A DNA stretch of 61,845 nucleotides, counting the filler, from Globobulimina sp. (Eukaryota), in assembly GCA_003354225.1 (NCBI GenBank). It is 16 parts of 16 records of this genome, joined end to end, with 100 filler letters (N's around TTAATTAATTAA, not from the genome) between each part and the next. Parts side by side here need not be neighbours in the genome. Positions count along the whole stretch, not along the records: positions 23,245 to 27,015 come from PIVH01002117.1; positions 27,116 to 30,886 come from PIVH01002118.1; positions 30,987 to 34,756 come from PIVH01002119.1; 13 more parts are not named here. One strand, given 5' to 3'. Of the stretch, positions 23,245 to 33,006 are shown piece by piece. Within the stretch, counting starts at the first letter, position 1, and every line of letters starts with the position of its first letter. The notes beneath the pieces were generated by a model, which was not told the DNA's origin, did not search any database, and saw nothing but the letters and a program-made list of their open reading frames with translations. A program made the translations under genes and the position numbers.

Positions 23245-24876
23245 AAATTTGCACATTTTAAGCAGAAATTGTTAAATAATAAGTTCTCGTCCATGGCCAG
23301 TCCGCACCGCGAGCGGTACCACGAAAAAAAGCAGCAAGAAGCCAGTCATTTAATCCTATTATCCGACTTAAATGCGGATGAAACCTTCATATTCAAATGC
23401 TATTCCTTGCAACACCAAACCCTTTGGATATATTCGCTCCAACGGGCCTTGGAATATAAATGCAATTTAATCCAAAACGTAATCGGCTCAGAGATCATTA
23501 AATATATCCTTTCGTTGTACTTTCTATCCTATCAACGCTTATCCACTTTGTCCACCATCTCGACGTATTTCAACCAGCTATTCAATTATAAAAATTATAA
23601 TTGTCAATATCATTACCACCACGATGCCATTTATTGGAGCAAGCACTTTAAATCTTTAATTTATAGCAACCGCTGCCATGCGCCCTCCATCTCGCTCTCC
23701 ACCAAGAAAACTGACAACTTCTTGACGTATTACAATGAGAGCAAACAGGAAAAAGAAAATGTGTCCTTGCAATTGGAAGACATGCAATTTAACGAAGCTT
23801 CCTTCCATTTGTCGAGCAATGACTGGGCCAAATTCACCAACGCTGAACGCCTGCAATTGAAATATTTCTTTATTTTTTATCATGAATTCTCTGCCTTAAA
23901 TTATAACAAACGACAGACGGAACTCAGTACTTTTTATATACGCTCCAATCATCGAAAGAAAAAGAAGAGCGATGAGGAGGAGGAGATCTGCGAAGAGGTT
24001 ATGGAAGAACTGAATAGATTGGATTTGAAGTACGAGAATATCCGCATCGATGGGTACGAATGGAACGATTTCTTCAACGATTGGATGACTTATCCTTTTA
24101 TCAAATCGTTGTTCGTGTCGTGCAACATCCAGACATTATGCATTGGTTCGGACAATTTCTATGATGAAAGCGCATCGATGATGACGCAAATGGCCAACAA
24201 TGCCATCGATTTGAAATTGGAGAATATATATCAAGGCTATGTCAGCCACAAAGATAAATATAAGAAAAGGTTTTGGGACAATGGTGGAATTGACTGGTTT
24301 TGCGATATTTTGAAATATTCCTTTTCGTTCAGCTCACATTTGTCCACTATACGCATCTTATCGTTGCGCGATAGCAATTTGACTGATAAACATATAAAAT
24401 TGTTATGCAATGCAATCAATTCGAAACGCTACGAATCGTCCAAGTCATTAACGATTCGCAAATTGAATCTGTCGCATAATTATCAGGTAAGTGATAATGT
24501 GATGAAATTGTTGTTTACGACCATTGGGAATAGGTTGCAATATTTGGAAGAGTTGGAGTTGAATGATTTGGGCGTTACTGATAAAATTGCCAGCATAATT
24601 TATGAGTTTTATTTTAATTTCCATTACAATTATAACAAAATACAGTTATTTTCTATATCTTTATTAGGGAATGCGTTCAGTTTGCAAGGCTTCAAACGAT
24701 TAAATAAATTATTTGAAAATGAGATAATTGATGAAGCAAAATTTATTAATATAAGGAAAGGGTTTCATATTGGAGTGAATGGGCGGAGAGCAGATGTAAA
24801 ACGTTTTGGATTTGATGCGAGATTACATATTGTCGTCTCAAATATTAGTATTGATATTCAACGACTTGACGAATAA
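23245..24876 (+). CDS. PH-domain C-terminus plus RNI-like leucine-rich repeat protein, 5' truncated
   Basis: PH end TFIFKCYSLQHQTLWIYSLQRAL. LRRs IRILSLRDSNLTD, IRKLNLSHNYQVSD, LEELELNDLGVTD. Confidence 0.75.
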   Translation, partial: KFAHFKQKLLNNKFSSMASPHRERYHEKKQQEASHLILLSDLNADETFIFKCYSLQHQTLWIYSLQRALEYKCNLIQNVIGSEIIKYILSLYFLSYQRLSTLSTISTYFNQLFNYKNYNCQYHYHHDAIYWSKHFKSLIYSNRCHAPSISLSTKKTDNFLTYYNESKQEKENVSLQLEDMQFNEASFHLSSNDWAKFTNAERLQLKYFFIFYHEFSALNYNKRQTELSTFYIRSNHRKKKKSDEEEEICEEVMEELNRLDLKYENIRIDGYEWNDFFNDWMTYPFIKSLFVSCNIQTLCIGSDNFYDESASMMTQMANNAIDLKLENIYQGYVSHKDKYKKRFWDNGGIDWFCDILKYSFSFSSHLSTIRILSLRDSNLTDKHIKLLCNAINSKRYESSKSLTIRKLNLSHNYQVSDNVMKLLFTTIGNRLQYLEELELNDLGVTDKIASIIYEFYFNFHYNYNKIQLFSISLLGNAFSLQGFKRLNKLFENEIIDEAKFINIRKGFHIGVNGRRADVKRFGFDARLHIVVSNISIDIQRLDE

Positions 24877-24979
24877 TAATCGGTTCTTGACTGTTATTTA
24901 AAACTAATTCCATCTTTTGTTTGTCATATGTTTTTCTTTAATTGACATGAAGTTTTCTTGAAGTGAGCTAGTCCTCGTC

Positions 24980-26954
24980 ATGGCAACAAGCGTTCCTGCT
25001 GAGATAGAATTAGAACGCAAAGTAGACCGTAACCATAACCCTAACGAACTACAACAAACGAATATTTTATTAGTGCAATCCAAACCAAACCAATCTCGCA
25101 TAATATCAAAATACCAAAACAGCACTCCAAACGCAGTTCTAATCTTTATCGAATATATTCGATGGAAACTTAATTTAATATTATTATTTCGCCCTTTTGC
25201 CTGTTTATCATATATCCCAATCAAGCACCACTTTCACCAATGTTTGTATCGATTAACATTGTCAGAAATCATATTTTGGGCTATATTAATTTACATAGCC
25301 TATCCTCAAACACTTTGGTTTGTGCAAACCTTGTCATATTCGCCAGTTGTAATATTAGGTTCCGATGCTGTTATTGGTCGCAGATTGCTTAGCTCTGACT
25401 CTGGCGATGGAGATGGCGATGGAGGCCATAGCGAAAGTGGTGAATCTGCAGAAATATGGTTAGCCATTGCATGGGTTTTAGCATTAAGAAATACGTTTTT
25501 ATGGAATGTTCTGTTTGGATTTTCTTTTGGTATTACTTCCCAGCAACACAACCAACGCAATATCTTCTGACATGCACCAATACACAGAGAGAATGGTCGT
25601 AATCCATCGTATAATCGGACGCTTTGCAGTTGTATTGGGCGTATATCATTTTTGGGAGTATAGAAATTTTGATTGGTTTGCCGGTAAATGTTACACCGGA
25701 TCGATGGCATTGATTCCATTACTTGTGATATTGCTAACTAGTTTGAATATATTTCGCCGCAATATATTTACAATTTTTTCGAAACTCCATTGGATCGGTA
25801 TTCTTATGTTTGCATTTTATGCATATCAACATGGCGCACCATGGCTGTTATTGCCATTGGGCTTAACTTTGATGGATGTAATGTATCGATGGTATACAAC
25901 GTTTGCAAAGCCAGTGATCATTGATGACATAGCAATGTTGCATGGCAATGTGATGCGCATTGTATTCAACAAAACTGGCTTTAAATACGAAGCTGGACAA
26001 TATGTGTTTGTCTGTATTCCCGCCATTGATTTCACGCAGTATCATCCTTTCAGCTTATCGTCGTCGCCGCATCACGCAGACAATCTGTCCATTCATATTC
26101 GTGTTTTAGGTGACTGGACAGCAAAATTAAAAACGCTGACAGCACATTACCAGAACAACAAAAATAAAGCAGATTGGCAGCAGTTGACTTGTTTCGTGGA
26201 GGGACCCTATGGTTCATTGCAAGTTCCTTTGCACGAATATGAATCTATTGTGATGATATCAGGCGGCATTGGTATTACTCCGCTGCAGTCCATATTTAAT
26301 GAGTTGCTGCACAATATATCGACAAATAGTAATGCTAGAAATGATGAGTATATGTTTAGCGATTCTAAGGTGAAAAGGATTCACTTTGTATGGAGTGTAC
26401 GGGATCCATCCGTGATTTGTGAATTTAATACGAGACATTGGGCGGGCATTACATTTAAGGATGTTTTGTATTTCAGCGATGGTGATACTGCAGCTGATAC
26501 AGGCAGATTACCTCACTTTTTCTCTCCGGATTTGTTGATTGTTAAGAATGAGTCGCAAATTGTGCAACGTTGCGAGGTGATTACACATTTTTATATTACA
26601 CGGGTATTGGATCAAGATCTACGGAATGAAATGTCGAGCCAGTATCCATATTTACGTTTTGGGAGACCAAATGTTGAGGACATTTTAAAACAAGCAAAGG
26701 AGGAATATAATCATAATAATAGCACAAAAATTAATTGCGTCAGTTCATTTGTAACAAGAGGAGGACCGGGTGTTACTGTCTTAAGTTGTGGACCAAAAGG
26801 CATGTTACAAGACGTTAAAAAATATGCAACGCGATATGGAATTGACTGTCATGAGCCTGCAGCCTCATGTCAGCTGCATGATCTGAGAGGGTTGCTGGGT
26901 GGTAGTGTGTCTGAAAACTGGCACTGCATGCAAGTGAGATGGCTGGTGGACTGA
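24980..26954 (+). CDS. Ferric reductase / NADPH oxidase family flavocytochrome; 2 exons
   Basis: Intron 25530-25587 gives LFGFSF-ERMVVIHR. Two H-x13-H heme pairs, HPFSLSS (FAD), EGPYG, GGIGITP (NADPH) and CGP. Confidence 0.92.
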
Positions 26955-27121
26955 AGAACCCCCATCAATCAGGAGATTTGTATCAGGACAATGGTATCAT
27001 TGGGGTATCATTGGGNNNNNNNNNNNNNNNNNNNNNNNNNNNNNNNNNNNNNNNNNNNNTTAATTAATTAANNNNNNNNNNNNNNNNNNNNNNNNNNNNN
27101 NNNNNNNNNNNNNNNATTACA

Positions 27122-28438
27122 ATGTTGAAATGTTTAATCGTTTGTTTATTACCATTAGTTACAATTTCAAAACGTTATATTGTAAAATTAAAAGAAGATC
27201 CAAATGTATGGATGGAAAATACAATAGTAAATAATAATCATATGAAAAAATTAAATACAAAGAAAACAAAAATGATTTTTATGGATACAGAAATTGAACC
27301 AGAACAATGGAATGATGAGAATGTTTTATCATATGAAGAAGATAAATTAATATCAATACCACAAGATAACCATAAACAATCACCTTATTATACTTGTAGT
27401 AAAACCTGGGGTAATGACCGTATTAATGAAGAAAATTTACCATTAGATGGTATACATTTAGGAGATGGAACAGGAGAATTAAGAGGTGATGATGTAGATG
27501 TTTATATATTAGATACTGGAATTAATGTAGCACATAATTCTTTTCCAACACCCCCAACTTGGTTGGCCCATTTTGGTCCTGGTACAGATGATGATTGTCA
27601 AGGTCATGGAACTCATGTAGCAGGAACAATTGGAGGAACTTTAACAGGTGTGTCACCAAATGCAAATATATTTGCTGTAAAAATCTCAGGTTGGTGTACT
27701 GGTTCAGCACAGTGTTCTGACATGATTGAAGCAATTGGGTATGTTCAAGATAGAATGGAAAGTAATGGTAGAAAAACAGTTATTAATTTATCTTTTGGTA
27801 TTTGTTCTTCAGTAACAACTGCTATCAATGAGTTTGTAGATGCTGGTGGTTTATTTGCATTAGCATCAGGTAATGATGGAGAAGACCAATGTTCTTATAC
27901 AGGATATTCAACATTAGATAAATCAGGTTCATTTTTAGTAGGAGCAAGTGAAAGTGACGATGATGTATCATGGTTCTCAAATCATGGGTCGTGTGTTGAT
28001 ATTTATGCTCCAGGAAGTGCTATTTTATCAGCAGATTATTCAAATGTAAATAGTTGTGTTTCTTGGGATGGAACTTCTATGGCGTCACCTCATGTAGCAG
28101 GAGCAATGGCTTTATTATGGTCAAGGAATCCTTTATTCACAAATACACAATTAAGAACCTTATTAATGAATAATGCTTTATCAAATAAATTAGATTTTAA
28201 AAGTTTCTCTGGGAATAATAAATTATTATATTTAGATAATGATGCGAGTAGTTCACCTACACCGAATGATTCTTCTGAAGATAAAGAAGAAGATGAGAAA
28301 TGGTATGAAATAGTTTTAGATAAGTGGTGGTTAATTTTTCCATTTATGGGAGTTTTCTTTGCTTGTGTAGGAATATGTACTCGTCGTAAACGAGAAACTA
28401 TTATTAGAGAAATCCAACCAGGAGATTCTATCGTTTAA
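27122..28438 (+). CDS. Subtilisin-like serine protease (S8A, proteinase K-like) with signal peptide, prodomain and C-terminal TM anchor
   Basis: Catalytic triad motifs YILDTGI, HGTHVAGTIG and GTSMASPHVAG. TM segment WWLIFPFMGVFFACVGIC. Confidence 0.95.
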   Translation: MLKCLIVCLLPLVTISKRYIVKLKEDPNVWMENTIVNNNHMKKLNTKKTKMIFMDTEIEPEQWNDENVLSYEEDKLISIPQDNHKQSPYYTCSKTWGNDRINEENLPLDGIHLGDGTGELRGDDVDVYILDTGINVAHNSFPTPPTWLAHFGPGTDDDCQGHGTHVAGTIGGTLTGVSPNANIFAVKISGWCTGSAQCSDMIEAIGYVQDRMESNGRKTVINLSFGICSSVTTAINEFVDAGGLFALASGNDGEDQCSYTGYSTLDKSGSFLVGASESDDDVSWFSNHGSCVDIYAPGSAILSADYSNVNSCVSWDGTSMASPHVAGAMALLWSRNPLFTNTQLRTLLMNNALSNKLDFKSFSGNNKLLYLDNDASSSPTPNDSSEDKEEDEKWYEIVLDKWWLIFPFMGVFFACVGICTRRKRETIIREIQPGDSIV

Positions 28439-28465
28439 GTTCTTGATTCTTCTCCATTTAATCAA

Positions 28466-28499
28466 ATAATTAGGAAAAATAATTATATTTCTTAATTAT
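28466..28499. terminator. AT-rich near-perfect palindrome between genes (candidate hairpin terminator/polyadenylation signal)
   Basis: ATAATTAGGAAAAATAA / TTATATTTCTTAATTAT. Confidence 0.5.
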
Positions 28500-28506
28500 A
28501 TAAAAA

Positions 28507-30552
28507 ATGTTTTTCTTATCAACATTACTATCATTAATAAATATTGTTCAAAGTGTTCCATTATATATGGATTACCAGGTTCAGGAAGATTTAATACCTA
28601 TTATCGGATATCACAGAATAGATGATGTTTATGAAGATTCAACAAGTATCCTTACACAAAATTTTAGAGATCAATTAGATTATTTAACAAATGTTATAAA
28701 TTGTAATTGGATAAGTATGGAAACTTTATCATATTATATTAAAAACAAAGAAAAAGTTCCAACAAATGTTTGTATTATCAATTTTGATGATGGTGGAGAT
28801 TCAGAATATCATAAAGGTTTATGCACATTAAACACTCATAAAATAATTTCCACATTTTATATTATTACTGATAGAGTTGATGAGGGGAATTATATGACAT
28901 GGCAAGAAATTGATAATTTACATGATATTGGTCATGTTATTGGATCACATACATTAACCCATCCTCATTTAGATGATTTGAGTTATTCTGAACAAGAATT
29001 AGAGATTTTACAATCAAAGATAGATCTAGAATCTAAAGGATATGATGTTACAACAATTGCATATCCATTTGGTGGCGAGAATGAAGATACAATAACAATA
29101 TTAAAAAATTCAGATTATATTTTAGGTAGAGAAACTGTAATAAGTTTTTGGAAAGATAGACGGGCAGTAACAACTAGTTATAATGATGATTATTTATGGT
29201 CATTTAATTATATAAAACCTGAATTTTTAACTCCGATAGAATTAGCTAATATAGTAAAATATACAGGTTGGTGGCAATTTCAGAATAATTATCAGATTAT
29301 CAATGGTAATAGTGTAAATATTAAAGCATTCTCATCTTCAAAATATCTTCCTACAGATACAAGTTATGGTGTTCTTGTTATGAAATTAGAAAATGATGAA
29401 ATATTAACTACATTTAAAACTAAATATTCTGGTGATTTTACTTTAGATATATTATCAAGTAATACAACTACTATTCCATTTTCTGTAAAAATAGATGATA
29501 TTTCATATCCTGTTTATACACATGAATATGATTCTCCTTATCATTTGTATTTTTCAGTTTTTGTTGATTATTATAATTTTTATATAAATATAGGAATATT
29601 AAATCCTGGAGTTCATACTCTAAGTATTATTAATGATAATTCTGATATTTTGTATCTAGATAAATATAGATTATTTTCAAATGTAAATCAAGATTTTAGT
29701 GATACAACGGATGTAGATAATTATAAAGATTGTAATGAAACAACTAATGATTATTGTTCATGTGATCCAATATCATTACCGTCATCAGACCCAACTTGTG
29801 AAAATGGAATTATATGGAATGAAGTTTGTTGTGATATTAAATGTGGAACTTGTGGAGGTTCTGGGTGTAGTGGAAGAGAAGGTGGTTCATCAAGTTGTTG
29901 CACTTCTTCTATTATAGCTGCTGATAATTCTTGTGATGAACAAGAAGCTCCTTGTATGATAAAAATAGAAATAGGATCAGATCCAACTTGTGAGAATGGA
30001 ATATTATGGGGAGATGTTTGTTGTGATAGTTCTTGTGGAACTTGTGGAGGTTCTGGGTGTTCATTAAGATCAGGAGGATCAACAAGTTGTTGTACTGGAA
30101 GTATAATATCAGATGATAATAGTTGTGATGTTCAAGGAGCACCTTGTGTAATAAAACAACTAAGTAAAGAACCAGACCCAACTTGTACTAATGGAATATT
30201 ATCTGGAGATGTTTGTTGTGATAGTTCTTGTGGAACTTGTGGAGGTTCTGGTTGTGGTAATAGAGAAGGAGGATCATCAAGTTGTTGTACTGGAAGTATA
30301 ACCTTAGATGATAATAGTTGTGATGTTCAAGGATCACCTTGTGTAATAAAACAACTAAGTGAAGAACCAGACCCAACTTGTACTAATGGAATATTATATG
30401 AAGATGTTTGTTGTGCTAGTTCTTGTGGAACTTGTGGAGGTTCTGGTTGTGGTAATAGAGAAGGAGGATCATCAAGTTGTTGCACTTCTTCTATTATAGC
30501 TGCTGATATTTTTTGCGATGTTCAAGGAGCACCTTGTGTAATATCAAATTAG
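28507..30552 (+). CDS. Secreted polysaccharide deacetylase (CE4/NodB) with a beta-rich middle domain and four 10-Cys repeats
   Basis: PIIGYHRI, INFDDG, GSHTLTHPHL and AYPFG, followed by C-terminal repeats. Confidence 0.9.
   Translation: MFFLSTLLSLINIVQSVPLYMDYQVQEDLIPIIGYHRIDDVYEDSTSILTQNFRDQLDYLTNVINCNWISMETLSYYIKNKEKVPTNVCIINFDDGGDSEYHKGLCTLNTHKIISTFYIITDRVDEGNYMTWQEIDNLHDIGHVIGSHTLTHPHLDDLSYSEQELEILQSKIDLESKGYDVTTIAYPFGGENEDTITILKNSDYILGRETVISFWKDRRAVTTSYNDDYLWSFNYIKPEFLTPIELANIVKYTGWWQFQNNYQIINGNSVNIKAFSSSKYLPTDTSYGVLVMKLENDEILTTFKTKYSGDFTLDILSSNTTTIPFSVKIDDISYPVYTHEYDSPYHLYFSVFVDYYNFYINIGILNPGVHTLSIINDNSDILYLDKYRLFSNVNQDFSDTTDVDNYKDCNETTNDYCSCDPISLPSSDPTCENGIIWNEVCCDIKCGTCGGSGCSGREGGSSSCCTSSIIAADNSCDEQEAPCMIKIEIGSDPTCENGILWGDVCCDSSCGTCGGSGCSLRSGGSTSCCTGSIISDDNSCDVQGAPCVIKQLSKEPDPTCTNGILSGDVCCDSSCGTCGGSGCGNREGGSSSCCTGSITLDDNSCDVQGSPCVIKQLSEEPDPTCTNGILYEDVCCASSCGTCGGSGCGNREGGSSSCCTSSIIAADIFCDVQGAPCVISN
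29788..30543 (+). repeat. Four coding repeats of 192-195 bp: DPTCxNGIxxxxVCCxxxCGTCGGSGCxxRxGGSxSCCTxSIxxxDxxCDxQxxPC
   Basis: Units start at 29788, 29980, 30175 and 30370. Confidence 0.95.
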
Positions 30553-30561
30553 GGTTTTAAT

Positions 30562-30614
30562 AATTTTTTTAATTAAATAATTAGGAAATTTTTTTATATT
30601 ATACTATAATATAA
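30562..30614. terminator. Two AT-rich intergenic hairpins
   Basis: TTTTTTAATTA-AA-TAATTAGGAAA and a perfect TTATATTATA-C-TATAATATAA. AAATAATTAGGAAA is shared with the previous intergenic region. Confidence 0.5.
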
Positions 30615-30619
30615 CAAAA

Positions 30620-30886
30620 ATGAATAAATTAGTAATCACGTTCGTTTCCATCGTTTCATTAATAAATGCAGATTGTAATAATGATAATATAATGCCTGTT
30701 GTAACATGTCCATCAATAGTTACCTTACCAGCAGGTGATAATTGTTATGTTAATGTGCCAGATTATTATAATAAAGTATCTGTTACAGATAATTGTGATA
30801 CTTTTGTAAGTATTACACAATCACCAGAACCAACTTTATCATTATTCGCTTTAGGAGATTCTCTATTAACATTTACTAGTATGGAT
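30620..30886 (+). CDS. Secreted HYR-like domain protein, 3' truncated
   Basis: Signal peptide, then DNIMPVVTCP...VPDY...VTDNCD...ITQSP...LTFTSMD. Confidence 0.7.
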
Positions 30887-31058
30887 NNNNNNNNNNNNNN
30901 NNNNNNNNNNNNNNNNNNNNNNNNNNNNNNTTAATTAATTAANNNNNNNNNNNNNNNNNNNNNNNNNNNNNNNNNNNNNNNNNNNNATCCTGAAACATGC
31001 GATCTAATTCCATAAATTCCCAACCTTGCGACCCAAATAATACGCCATTCCATGCATG

Positions 31059-31145
31059 TCATCGCCGTAGGATTTGAACCTACATCCATTTGGTTTGCTA
31101 TCCATTCAAACCAATGCTCGGATCTACCATTTGAGCTAGGCGACC
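31059..31145 (-). tRNA. Aberrant tRNA-like element (pseudo-tRNA or tRNA-derived SINE head; nominal anticodon GAA or TGA)
   Basis: Minus strand reads GGTCGCC-TA-GCTC-AAATGGTAGATCC-GAGC-A-TTGGTTTG-AATGGATAG-CAAACCAA-ATGGAT-GTAGG-TTCAAAT-CCTAC-GGCGATG-A. A and B boxes are intact and the T arm is perfect. Confidence 0.65.
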
Positions 31146-31364
31146 TTCCATATGACTTCCGAATGCTTTTTACTTGATTTCAAAGTAAATCGGGACGAGT
31201 CGATTTTAGATTGTCCCAAATATGATTTTTGATTCGTTGTAGATACTTTTAGACGAAATCCTCTCGTAAAAATCATATTTAGGATTGCCAAATCTAAAAG
31301 AAAGTGGAGACATTGGAGACATGAAACGTAACGGTCTCGAAAAACACTTAGTTGGACATTCTCA

Positions 31365-31498
31365 ATTCGGCACGGATTGGTGCTTAGCTTACATTCGGCA
31401 CAGATTGGTGTCCTATCATACATTTGGCACGGATTGGTGCCTAGCTAACATTCGGCACGGAATGGTGCCTATCTCACATTGGGCACAGAGCAGTGCTC
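31365..31498. repeat. Minisatellite of about 4.7 units of 28-29 bp, each with an internal GGCAC-N6-GTGCC inverted repeat
   Basis: Consensus ATTCGGCACGGATTGGTGCCTAkCTxAC. Confidence 0.9.
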
Positions 31499-31932
31499 AA
31501 AACTTAGTTCAAAACATCAAGCTCCCAAAGCACCAGTCCGATCATCATGGTTCATTTTTTTGGTTTCAACCATACATCAACAGTATGTCATGAAATCAAA
31601 ACATGAAATGGAAATATGTAATATTTTCCAAAATAAAAACAAATCCGAAAGTAGTATTTCACGATCATATTAAAGTGACAAAAGAAATACAAATAGATAA
31701 TCCACAGTTCCTTGAACTAAACCAAATGGACAATCATGCGGACACCACTGCGGATCACCAATACTTGCAAAAAATGTAACTTGTGCATCATTTAGAATGC
31801 CACCAATTTGTATGGAAACAAAAGTGCATCATTTAGAATGCCAAACAAAAGTGCTGTTAATATATACAAAAGACATAGCGATAATTACTAGGAGCAATAC
31901 CAAATTTTGATACAACAGTCACACCAAAACAA

Positions 31933-32628
31933 ATGTATTGTGATACTGTATCATTTTCATCATCTCATTCAATAAGAAACAATGGTGAATGGATAATACG
32001 TAAACATGAGAGCGGATGTGCGCGGACCGAAGGATATTATAGTTTGGCAGCCTCAAATAAACGTCATTTGGCAGCATCGTCTTCAACGAACAAAGTAGTG
32101 GGTCATATGCAGGGTGTTGGCGCAGAACGGAATTTGCGAGCACATCAAAGGAGATCAGGAACCATCGAAACAAAGCGAGAGAGATCGAGTGCATTGTCAT
32201 TTCGGCAAAAAAATATCCAATTTGGCAAATCATCAATTCATTCATGGGGCGTATTCGCATTGCAACAGATAAATGCGGAAGAAATGGTCGTTGAGTATAT
32301 TGGCGAATATATCAAAGAGAAATATGCCAATGTCAGGGAGAAATTATATGAAAAACAAGGTTATGATGATTATATGTTTAGAGTTGAGAATGATTTAATT
32401 ATTGATGCAACAAAAAAAGGAAATTTAGCCAGATTTATTAATCATTCATGTGATCCAAACTGCTATACGCGGATTATACACGTTGCAAATACACCGCGTG
32501 TTGTTATTTATAGTAAAAGACATATTGGAGCTGGCGAAGAATTAACATATGATTATAAGTTTCCAATGGAGGACGATAAAATACAATGTTTGTGTGGCTC
32601 AAAAAATTGTAGAGGAACACTTAATTGA
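31933..32628 (+). CDS. SET1: Set1/COMPASS-type histone H3K4 methyltransferase (Win, n-SET, SET, post-SET); 5' exons uncertain
   Basis: Win motif GCARTEGY, KSSIHSWG, IDATKKGNLARFINHSCDPNC, ELTYDYKF and CLCGSKNCRGTLN. Confidence 0.9.
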   Translation: MYCDTVSFSSSHSIRNNGEWIIRKHESGCARTEGYYSLAASNKRHLAASSSTNKVVGHMQGVGAERNLRAHQRRSGTIETKRERSSALSFRQKNIQFGKSSIHSWGVFALQQINAEEMVVEYIGEYIKEKYANVREKLYEKQGYDDYMFRVENDLIIDATKKGNLARFINHSCDPNCYTRIIHVANTPRVVIYSKRHIGAGEELTYDYKFPMEDDKIQCLCGSKNCRGTLN

Positions 32629-33006
32629 TTGGATGATTATTTTGTGCAGCAATCATATATTCCGTATTGTTTAATGTTATAAAGTTTGTTTTTTTTTGAG
32701 TTTTTGCTGTTGAAAATATATTATAACTTTGTAATATTATAATAGTTAACACCGCAACCCGTGTCTACCAAACTCATGTAAACAACTATTAAATGAAAAA
32801 GCTTATTTTTGGATATAGCTTAAATGTATTCTATTATATCAAACGCAGTAAACAAGATCGACAGAATGGGGATGATATGCAGCAATCAGCTGTAATGCCT
32901 ATGAATGCTCATAATCACAATATAATTATCTATCTTTATCAATTATCAATCACATTCTATATAAATACATTTAATTTCCTGCAACAGAAACAGTTTACAA
33001 ATAAGG

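Noticed and set aside
31365-31498. CRISPR-like array of palindromic repeats
   Set aside because: The variable parts are only about 8-9 bp and resemble each other, there are no cas genes, and the context is eukaryotic.
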